A DNA stretch of 64,000 nucleotides from positions 2,817 to 66,816 of IMG/VR virus record IMGVR_UViG_3300008108_000413. The stretch is one strand, 5' to 3'. This stretch comes from a virus. Shown one piece after another: positions 1 through 11,300 of this stretch; within the stretch, counting starts at the first letter, position 1, and every line of letters starts with the position of its first letter. The notes under the pieces are model-generated. The model searched no databases and was not told the DNA's origin. It was given only the letters and a program-made list of their open reading frames with translations. Position numbers and translations under genes: made by a program.

Positions 1-2
1 GG

Positions 3-3000
3 ACCAGATACTACATCTAAAGATTGATTAAAGCCGTACTTAGGATCTGAAAGTATAATCTCTCTGGCTTTTAATCTATAGAAGTTAGGATTAACAAGAT
101 CTATACCTTTAATAGGTGCTGTAGGACTCTTTACTTCCTTAAGAAGCCTTAAGTATTCTTTTACAATAGGTTGGTTAATTAATGATATAGCCACCTCTAC
201 TGGAACACTAGCCTGCTTTAAAAATGATAGAACAGGTGCAGCTTCTTTGTTAGCATTGATATAAAACAACCAAGGATCTTTAGCTACATCAAGACCACCA
301 TTAAGTGTTTGTGAACCAACTTCTGAGTTAGGGTTATTGTTCTCTATGTCATTAAGATTACTTAGTGAGATAGCATTATAAGCTCCTTCTTGACTTAATG
401 TAAGATTTCCTTTAGCATCTGTAGTAAGAGATCTATGAGGTACCAATAAACGCTGTAATCTAAAAGTCTTATATACAAGCTTTTGATAATCACTTCTTCC
501 TCTAGGATCAGTATTAGCTGCTTCTAAATAATCTTCGTAAGTACCAATTCCTCTGAAAGGATTCATATATAACCCTACGCGATTAGCTACTGGAGCATAA
601 CCATTAGATGAAGCAACAATACCTACTACATCTTTACCTACGTTATTATTAGAATGTGTTTCAAGATCAAACTCTGGTTCAAAAGCTGTAGTTGGAGAAA
701 TTGAAGCTTTAAGTTCACCTTTAGAATTATACCACTCTGTTTTTTCTCCTCTCGCGTTTACCTGATAATTAGTAATTTCTCCGCTCTTTAAACCTCTTTT
801 CTTATAATCATCTACAATAGATTCAAAAATATAGTTAGAGCTGGAGTTAGTCAGATAAGTAAAGTTCTCAGGTCTTTCAAAAATAGATCTAAAGTTTTGA
901 ATAACTGAATTGCTTGCAGCACTTATATTAAGTGATAAATAGAACTTCTCAAAAGATACGTCAAACTTATCATTAACTTCTTTGATTTGATCATAGTATT
1001 TTCTAGCCTGAGCTTCAGATACTTCTGATTCTAAGAACTTAATAGAGTTACCTATTCTTGTAATATTAGGTAACAAAGTCATCTGTTTATCAAAGTCAAA
1101 GTCACCACCATTTTTAGCAACAAGCTCTGCAGGTACTATCATAATAGGACCCGCTTCTTCTGGTAAGAACTGATATACTTCAAAAAATTCTACGAAGTTT
1201 CTTTCACCTACAGGAATACGCGCACTAATAACAGTAATCATTTTTCTGTTATCTCTTGTATTAAGCCACTTCTCATTCTTAATCATGTCATTAAGTCTAT
1301 TAATAGTTTTAATAGGCTTACCATCATTGTGTTTAACAGAAAGAAGTTTTTTGAAATCCCCTTGTAAAGAAACTTTTATTTTAGCTGCTGTTGTATTACT
1401 ATAAGTACCATCAGGATTTATAGTAAAATCATAGAAAGGAAGATCACTTGAACCGTATTCTTTAAGCTGCTCTTCTGTAGGTTTTTTAAACCTTACAACA
1501 TCTCCTTTTTCAAACATGGAGTGAGCAACCTGAACAAGGCCTTCTCCTTTAACTTTTTGTCTAATCAGTCTTTTTTCAGCAAGAGCAATAAGCATTCTTT
1601 GAACTTGACCTGAATCAGCAAGTATAGAAAGATCTCTTATAAGTTTACCGTTCTTATCTACTTGTAAAAAGTCAAGATCAGATTGAGGTCTTCCTCTTCT
1701 AACAAACTCTCTTTCAATAAGATCTAAAAGATTCTTCATGCTTCCTTGTGGAACGCCATCTACAATCTTCCAATTAATCTCATTTAAAAGATCTTTTTCT
1801 ATGAAATTCATAAGCCTGTTAAGGCTTTCTTCATAGTTTTTATTTAGTTTATAATTAGGATACTGTTCTTTTTCTGATTCAGAAAGCTTTTCCCAAGCAA
1901 GTCTTTTTTCAGAAGAGTCTTCTACACCAGGCATAAAGTCACTAGGTACACCACCATCATATAAACCAAGAGTACCAATTTTTCTAAGCTGTGTAGCAAA
2001 TCTTACTTTACCTTTAAAATAAGGTTCTACATTTACTTGTTTTTTAAGGAAGCCTGTATAGATAGGATTATTAGTAAATACTAAATCCGTATTTAATTTA
2101 CCATCTTTATATAATTGATCAGGCTTACCATCTCTTGTAATAGTAGATATCTTAGATCCAGAAATAGGTACAATATAATCTATATTCTGCTGGATCATCA
2201 TATTATGAACTTGCTCAAGCTTTGTATTCTTAATTAATGTAGGAATAAGAGGCATGAGAGAATACTTATGACCAGCCATAATAGGTAAAGACTCTGTCAT
2301 GAGTGCTCCTGCATATTGTAATTTCATTACAGGAAACACTTGCTCAACTTTTGTTCTATCAACTACTTTACCTTTTACAATATCCTGATACATATCTTCT
2401 TGCTCTTGACTCCAGTCTTTTAGACTTCTAGCAAGTATTCTATATGTGTCAAAAGAAATCAAACCTTGAGAGTCATTGGTTTTCATTCCTTCATAAGCAC
2501 CATACTGAAGCTCAGCCTGGTCTCTTATAATGGTTTCTCTTTCTTCTTTGCTAGCATTTAGCCAAGTACTATCTTTTCTGTTTTTAAATCTTTCAGTTAT
2601 TTCTTTTTCGGCTCTTTCAATAAATTTATCCTTATATGCAGAGTTTATAATATCATCTGATATAACAGCTGTTCTAAGAGTAGAAGTATACTTATAATCT
2701 ACACCTTTAGTTTTTCCATAAGCCCTACCACCAAACTGATCACTATTTACATAGTTAACAAATCCCTCATCAGATCTAGGAATAGGACCTGTAGAACCAA
2801 AAAGTGCAATACGCTTAGACTGTTCAAGTTTAGTGTGATCATAACTTGAAGTATCACCATAGAAGAAAATAGAGTTTTCTATACTATGAATAAGTTTATT
2901 AGCAAAATAAGAGGTTAATACTGCTGACTTTAAATTTTCAGTAGTTATTGTAGCTGCTGATATCTGACCTCGTATAGCTTCTCTTTTAATAGACTTAAAC

Positions 3001-6000
3001 AGCTGTTTATCAAATATATTGATTGAGCTGTACATTTTTTCAAGAGATGCAGACTTTAAAGCAAGATATTCTTTGATATTATCTTTAATTTCTTCACGAA
3101 GCTTTATTTGCTCATCAGTACTACTCTTTACTACAAGTCTACCATCATTATATTCATACCCCAGGTATTCCAATAAACTAACTCCATTATAAGGATCTGT
3201 CTTGATTTTATAAAGTTTTTCTTTGATATCTTCTTTTAAGATGCCATTGAATAAAGCAAATTCTTTACCTGCTTTGTTAAATAAAGGTACATTAGCTGCA
3301 GGATCAGATGGGAGTAAGTTATCTAGAATATTGATTCTGTCATGCTCAGCTATAAGATAGCGCATCATGATATTTGCAAAATCTTCTGACCCAAGTTCTT
3401 CTCTAATAAATTTAAAAGTATCTACATATAGCATACCATTAGAGGCTGTGCCATGTATTTTAGAAGCTCTTGAACCAAAAGAAGAAGTCTTATCAGCATG
3501 ACGCATGTTTTCTACAACCCCTGTTGTAAGAAAAGAATGTATATCTGTAATAAGCTTAGTAGGTTTATCAACTTTAGCTAAGGCTATACCATTAATAAAC
3601 TCAGCACTATTTCTAAGAAGGGATACACCAGATAAATTATCTATAGTAACTTTAACAGGATTACCTTTAGAGTCAAGTCTTTTTCTACCTGTATTTAAAT
3701 CAAATACAGAATTCATCTGAACACTTGCTCTGGTATAAGGGTTTCTATTTGTAGCGAAATGTGATGTCTGAGGTTTAGCAACCATTGTTTGGAAATCCTC
3801 AGAGTTGTTAACAGAGTTGGCAATCTCAAACATACTGTTATTTTTAGTAATAGTATATTGAGTTGTACCTTCTGCAGTTGTCTTACTAAAGTTTGAGAAT
3901 CTATCTGAATACTTAAGTTCTAGATTAGCAAGATCATTATAGTTAGTTACTTCATTTGTAAAATCAGGATTAAGATCTGTATTGTCTTTAATCAGGTCAT
4001 TAATAGAAGTAACTACGCGATTATCATCATAATAAGCTTGAGCTATCTTATATAATCTATCTACTCTACCAATAGAATAACCATCAGGTCTTATTTCATT
4101 AAGAATCTCATCTATCTCTTTAGCTTCAGATAAATTCATTCCTAAAGCGGATAAAAATCTACGCTTATTATTTAATGCCACCTGAAGTGTAGGAAAATCT
4201 TCGAAAATGTTTTTCAGGTTTAAAAATCTTATATCATCCTGTATAGAGATATACTTACCTCTTGCCGACTTAAAACTATTCTCCCAAGAAAGTTGTACAG
4301 CTTTAAAATCACCATAAGCTTCACCAAAGTTTATTTCAAACTCAGATTCTTTAGTCTCTACAAAGTTACCTTGCTCATCAGTATAACCTGTTATTTCATT
4401 AATATTTAACTGTTTAAGCTTAGCTTCAGATATTCTTCCTACATAGTTTACCGCATCCCAAAGTCTTTGAATACCACCAACAGGACTCATAGGATCTCCC
4501 AGTTTAACTAGGAGTTCTTTAAAAGGAGTAAATTCTTCAGATGCTTTTATTAAACGATTATAGATATCTAAAACACCATCATTACCTGCAATAGTTCTTA
4601 CAAATCTATTAATTACAAGTCTCTCATTAACTGGTACATCAAAGCCAAGTCTATTTTTAGTCTTAGACTTTAACCCTTTTAATAGAGTTTTAATTTCTAC
4701 AGGTATAAACTCATCTACAGATTGCTCATTACCTTCTCTACTAAATAATCTACCTTCTTCATTTTTAGCATCTTCGAGTTCATCTTCAAATCTATCATCA
4801 AAAGATAAAACCTCACTTCTAAATTTGTGGAATCCTATAACACCAACACCAAGTGAATTATTACTTAGATTATCAGTATCCCCAAAGTTATCTACCGCAT
4901 ATTGTAGAATTCTAATATCATTCTGAATACGTTGTTTCTTAGGACTTGTAGAGTTAGGATTAGCTTCAATAAGCTCTATTGTAAATTTATATACATCTTC
5001 AATAGCTTTCCTACCTGCATCATTGAGTTGTCTAGTACCTACTCCTGCGTATCTCTGTGTAAGCGCTGGAGTATCCATAGGCTCAAACTCAGCACCATTC
5101 CACTCATACCAACCTACCTTAGTAGTATTATCTGCTAAAGTACCCTGATGAAATACATATACAGGTTTACCAAGATCTATTGCCATTTGAACAGCATATC
5201 CTGTTCCCCCATCTACAATAGCTTTTTTGGTGGTATTTTCGTAACGCTTACCTTTTACAGCTTTACCTTTTTCTCCAGGTAAGATAATATCACTTACTGC
5301 AAATACAGCATCTGAGTATTTAACTTGAAAATAATCTCTTCTTACAAGCTTACCACCTGTAGAATCAACAGAAAGTTCTTTTCTACCTAACCTAGCTACA
5401 GCAGTTTTATAAGCTTGTTCAGCTTCTTCTTTTAATTCTTCTGTAGCTTCATCATAACTATCTGGAGTAAAGTCTACCTGTTTACCTAAACCGTACTCAT
5501 AACCTCTTTCAGCCCAGTATTTATCAGCACCTTCTGCATCTCCTGCATAGTTTTCATATCCAGAAAGATCTTTGGTAATCTCAGAAAGTTCTTTCTTTCT
5601 TTCTTGTAATCTTTCTTCAAGAGTTCTTTTTACTTCTTTATAGAGAAGAGATCTAGCTTCTTTTTTAGCAAGAATGTTATAACTGATAGCAGCATTATTA
5701 GATAATGCTAGTTTATATGTAATATCAGAAATAATAGAATCTACAGACTGGTTAATCAAGAGTGACTCTGTTCTAGATATAGAATGTTCATTTCTATCTT
5801 CTTCATTAACAGCCTCCATATTCTTTGTAAGAATATCAAACTCTACATTTCTAGGATCAAACTTATACTCATTAAGATCTCCTACATAGAGCTTTTCATA
5901 CATATCAGCAATTTCTTTTGTAGATCTTATTTCTGATAAAGCTTGAGTATAACTCACCTTACCAAACAAAGATTTAAGAAAAGCTAAAATCTTTTGGAAT

Positions 6001-7706
6001 ATATTCTTCCTTACAGGAGTAGCATCTAATACTTTTTTACCACCAGATATTACATATTCTCTAAATCCTTCTGCTAAATGTTCTTCTAATTGAAGTCTTG
6101 AAGCATCTTTAAACTCTACACGAGTACCTTTGTAATCTATAAAAGAACCAGACTGCTTTCTTGCTTCAGCATAAAGCTTATCCTTTTGTTCTTTAGTTAG
6201 GAATAACTGTGTAAACCCATGCCAAGCTTCGTGATAAAGATCTGACATATCAGACCCTTTAAGCAAAGTAATACCATTAATATCCCATGTAGCTATAGCA
6301 TTTGGTGTAGAAGTATTAATAGCGTTAAACATTACCTTAAACGGTATATATTTAGCTAAATCAGTACTATTATACCAAGACTCTGCATTATCTAAAAACT
6401 CTTTAGCGGCTTTCTTTTCAGTAAGCTTTGTTTTTGTGCTTTTTTCAAAGAAGCTTTTGTTTTTTTGTAAAGCTTCAAAAAAAGTTTCAGGAGCATTTTT
6501 ACTATCTGTATCTATACCTTGATCTGCAGGAGATTCATCAACCTCATATACATCATCATAAGTATCACTATCCATGGTAGTTTGTACAACACCATGATTA
6601 CCATTAACTTGTTGATCAGCTCTAGTGCCAGAATATATTTCCCATCCTATATGAGGGTGTATTTTAACTACATTGCCTTCACCATTGAGTTGTGCAGATG
6701 TAACTAAAGTACTTTTAACATAATCACTATAAGGTACTGTTTCTGAATAAGTTACTTTAGGCTTAGAACCTGTAATATCTACAGAAACAACAGACTTAAA
6801 CTGATTTGATTTAACATTTTCTCTTTTATAACCTACATCAATTTGTTTAACCTGGTAATACTTACCATCTTTTTCAAAGAATTTACCTGTAAGTGTTTGA
6901 TTACTATTAGGATCAAAAGTTTTTAGCTTTTGACTTTCTTTTTTAGAATCAAAAAGTTCTTTGGTTATCTCTACATATTTTCCTGTTTTAGGATCTTGAG
7001 CAATATTGGTAAGATAATACTGACTAAGAGCAGATGTTATAGCATCTACACCTTCTTGACTAGGTTCTGTAAATGAAGCTTTTACATATTGAGATCCTAC
7101 TTTAACATTAACTGTGTTTGTAACACTATCAATATATACTTGATTTGGATTATAGTAAGTAGATAAAATTTGTTTTTTTTCTTCTAAAGAAACAGGTTTA
7201 TTAGTTGTAGCATCTACTACAGGATAGATGAGATACTCAGCTAAAGTTTTTGAAAATTCTTTAGATTGTTTATTTCTATAAACATTAATAACATCTCCTG
7301 TAGATGTCATTACAAGGCTAGGACCTCCTTTATCATTGATAGAAAATGTAAAATCATCAATGTTCTTAATAGAAGAAACATTTACTAAATTTTGCATAGA
7401 AGTCTCAATGTAACCAGTACTTCCCCCAGCTATAGGAAAAGTAATAGTCTCTTGAGGATTATCTCTTAAGAATGTACGCATTCTTTTTACAAGAGCTTCT
7501 TCTTGAGCTCTTATAACCTTTGCTTTTTCAAGAGCTTGTTGATAACCCTCTTCTCCAATAAGATTCTCTCTTCTTTGTATATTTTTAGCAAATTCTTCAA
7601 TAGACATTACCCCTTTATCAACCTCACCTACAAGCTTAGCACCTCTTAAAGAAAGAACCACTGGGTAACCTTCTTCTTTAGAAGCAACTTCTAAATTGCA
7701 ACTCCT
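3..7706 (-). CDS. Giant virion-packaged two-barrel RNA polymerase polyprotein (crAss/phi14:2 gp66-like), >2500 aa, 3' end beyond the left edge; contains zincin and SLOG-like domains
   Basis: Hand translation of one minus frame: VAKNGGDFDFDKQM at ~1080-1121 (DxDxD catalytic loop), ISARIPVGER at ~1200-1230 and LYHEAWHGF at ~6213-6239 are all in the same frame. The frame opens after TGA 7707-7709; first ATG at 7607. Spot-checked, not read codon by codon. Confidence 0.9.
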
Positions 7707-8347
7707 TCATACTCAACACCGTAGTTATTATTAACCTTACCACTATAGAAAAGGTTAACTACTTTACGCTGTACAGCATTCTTAAGCTTCTCAATTTCCC
7801 CTTTATGAGGAACATTATAATTAGGATTTCCTGGAGTAATGCTAATAGCTTCTGAAGTTGTAGAACTTTTGAAAGACTCAGGTAAAGCCTGAAACCAATT
7901 TTTAGGAATAAAAGTCTTTTTAGTAGGAGCTACAGGATTCTGAATGTATGTATTATTTAATGTTATACTAGCATTTTGTTTTTGCTGTTGAGCAGGAATA
8001 GGAGTTTCTACAACCTTTTTTCCTAAATAATCTAATAGTGCATCATTAGCTTCATCAGAATGAAGATCAGATTGTTCAAGAATATCTGAAGCCTGTTTAA
8101 TAACATACTTTCGTATAACGGGATCAATAGCTTGATACTTATTAATGATAGCAGGAATAGACTTAGCATAAGCTGCCGCAAGATTAGTATCTCCATTCCT
8201 TTTTGCAACAAGATCATAGATCTTGTTCATATAATCTTTTAAACTAAAAGTTGAAGGTGTTTCTTTTGCCAGTTCACCTTTAAGATCATTAGCTACTTTT
8301 TCAGCAAATCTTACTAAAGCATCACCTTGTAAAGTACATTTAGCCAT
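7691..8347 (-). CDS. Probable N-terminal segment (218 aa) of the virion RNAP polyprotein, separated from the rest by a -1 frame break
   Basis: Starts MAKCTL just after the 1866-aa gene; ends at TAG 7691-7693, overlapping by 16 nt the start of the long -1 frame. Confidence 0.65.
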   Translation of the reverse strand: MAKCTLQGDALVRFAEKVANDLKGELAKETPSTFSLKDYMNKIYDLVAKRNGDTNLAAAYAKSIPAIINKYQAIDPVIRKYVIKQASDILEQSDLHSDEANDALLDYLGKKVVETPIPAQQQKQNASITLNNTYIQNPVAPTKKTFIPKNWFQALPESFKSSTTSEAISITPGNPNYNVPHKGEIEKLKNAVQRKVVNLFYSGKVNNNYGVEYEGVAI

Positions 8348-8361
8348 TTCTTATGATATTG

Positions 8362-11300
8362 TTATGGTACGCAAGAATCAAGGTCTTCCAAGAATCCTTT
8401 TTCAATTTCTTCTTTTGATTTTGTATTATTTAAAGCAGCTTTTACAGCTTCATCATCCTTAAGAAAATCATCCATCGCTTTAACATTTTCAACATTGATT
8501 TCCTTTTCTTCAGGTGTAAGTTCCTCAGTTTCAGGAGCTTCTGCAGAAATGATCTTACTTATTTTATACATATCTTTATTTGTAAGTATCTCAGGTTCAG
8601 TATTTACACGTTCTTCAGCTGGTAGTGCATCATTATAAAGAGTGATCTCTTTATCATTTTTATTAACCACTACAAACTTAGAAGAAGGATTGCCTTCAAA
8701 GATAATATAATCTCCAATTTCTACACGACTTATACTCTTTAATTCTTTACGAATAGCTTGAATTACTTTATCAATAAGAAGAGCATACTCTTCTGTATAT
8801 GGTAATCCTGCTTCAGCTACTTCATTTTCTATTTTATCAAGAGCTTTTTTAATATTATCAGGATTGCGCTCAATTTTCATCTGATCTCTTAACTGTCCAA
8901 GCTTTACAAGAATTTTATTCTTTACAGCATCTTTTGGAGATATATACCATTCAGGAGCTTCTTCTACTGGCTCTTCAAGTTTTTCTACTATTTCAGATGC
9001 TTCTGGAGAAAGAGCTTGTTCTGGAAACAAGTTTCTATCCACAGTAACTTGCATAGTCATAGCACCCGTGTCATCTTTATTAGCTATAGCTGATATATAA
9101 CTTTCTTTAGTTTCTTTTACAGTAATAGGAAATACAACTATATTTTTTACAGTAATTCCTGTACGCTGTCTAAGTAATTCTGCATAAGCAGATTGCTGAA
9201 CAGCATCAGATTGTCTATAATCATAGACAGGTAAACTACCATATTTATTTATTTGATTCTCAAAAGTTTTGATAAACTTATCAGCAACAGTTTTTTCTTC
9301 TTTAGTAAAATTTTTAACAGCTAGAATATTATTAGTTTTTATAGGCTTTTCTTTGAAATTTAATTCCTCAACAGCTTTAATTTTACTAATGATACTGTCA
9401 TAAAGATCACCTCCTTCTTTCTTTAAGAATTCATCCATTGCATAATGAACTCTTCTATCTGGACCTGATGTTTTTAAGTCAATAATATAAACTTCACCTT
9501 TTTTGCTAATACCAAGTAAGTCTATAGTTCCTGCATATTTTTCTCCATTGAGCACTCCCCATAGTGTAGGTATATCAGAAATAAGAGTTAAATCTTTTTC
9601 ATCTGTAATTTTCTTAACCTCTTTAAAAACATTAAAGAGATTTTTTAACATATTATCACTAAATTCTTTATAAATAAAAGGCTCATCTTCTCCTAAAGCT
9701 TCTTGTTCTTGTTCGTGTTTTTTTCTAAGCCGTTTTATTTCAGCATCATAAATATTTTTTATTTCTTTTTCTTCAAAGGGTTTTATAATAAATCTTCTAA
9801 GTAAAGCATCTATTATAGTACCTCTAGTAGCAGCTGTCTCACTATTAAATGTTTTATCACCAGTAAGATTTGTAACTCTTTTATATTCATCTTCTGGATT
9901 TTGACTATCTATATAAACCTTTTTGTTTGAAGGACTTACTATAAGAGTCTTTTCATTAAGAGCTTTGAGTCTTTCTTTTACTTCTTGAACACTAGCTGTA
10001 GTAACTTCTTCAACAGGCTTAGCTTCAGGTTTAACTAACTCTCCTGTAGTATTATTAAATCCAAACTCTTTTTGAAGTCTTTGATTTAAGTAAGCAAATG
10101 TTTGTGGAGCTTTTGTAGCAAGTGCTGCTAATCCAGTACCAAATCCACCTTTAGGTAATACAATAGTTTTACCTTCTTTAGCTGCTCTATCTTTTGCTTT
10201 TTTAATATCAGAATCTATAACTGCTTTATTATCAGCAAGTTGATCATCTGACATAAAAGCATCACTTGCATTAGATGGTTTTAATTTTGTAGAGATTCCC
10301 ATAGCATTAGGCTCATCTCTAATTATAGCTTGACCGCCTTTACCAGTTCTAGTATTATTATCTCCAAATAAGAATAACTTATCAGGATTAGCTCTAAGTA
10401 ACTCTGGTGTATAGTTTTCAGAAATAACTTCTACTTTACTTTCAGCAGGTTTAGCTCCTTCTATATCAGTTTTCTTATCAGAAACAGGAGCTTCAGGTTT
10501 AGTAGCAGTAGTAAGCTCTGGTCCTGTAGGAGTTCCATAAGGTGTAGTAGGAGTGAATACTCCAGCTTTAGTTTCTGCTGGAGCAGGCTTAAGATTATTC
10601 TTCTTATTATAAGCTTCTATAATCTGTTTAGCTTCTGGAGATCTTTTTAAGAACTGATCAAAACTTGGATAAGGGAATTTAACATCAGGTCTTTCTTCAG
10701 CAAAATATGTCTTAAGTGATTCATACTTTCGAATAAGTTCTTCCTGAAGCTCTTTAGGCATAGTGTTAATATCATCAACAACACTAATAGCTTTTTGAGC
10801 AGGTGCCTCTTCTTCAACTACTTCAGTTTCAACTTCTTCAGTAACAACCTCTTCTACAGGATATCTATCATTTAAGATATTTTGGAAAGCTTCGTACTTA
10901 GGATTATCTGGTGTTATAGGTTCTTTACTTGCAATATCATAAAGTTCAAACTTTGCAGTTCTAGGATTTTTTAAGAACTCTTCTACATTCTCTGGTATTA
11001 CAAATAAACCTTGATCGTAGATAGCATTAAGTAAATCATTAGAATCTTTTAAATCTAGAAACTTTTTATAACCTTCTGTTATACGCTCAGCTTTAGTAGC
11101 CTGAAGTTGTTCTTGAGCTGTTTCAATTGCAGATATATATCTATCAAAGTATAAAGGGTCATTAAGAATATTAAGTGCTTTTGTATAAGCATTTGAATCT
11201 GAGTCAAGTAAGTGATAATCTCTTACTTTAGTAAATGCTTTTCCAAGCTCTTTACTCATAAGAGTACCTCCCTGTTCTTCTGCAATAAGCTTAGTATACT

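Noticed and set aside
7645-7693. TAG->Gln recoding (genetic code 15, known in some crAss-like phages) to explain the RNAP split
   Set aside because: Reading through the TAG gives only KLLLKKKVTQWFFL and then TAA. The long frame is -1, and the other genes are full length under code 11.
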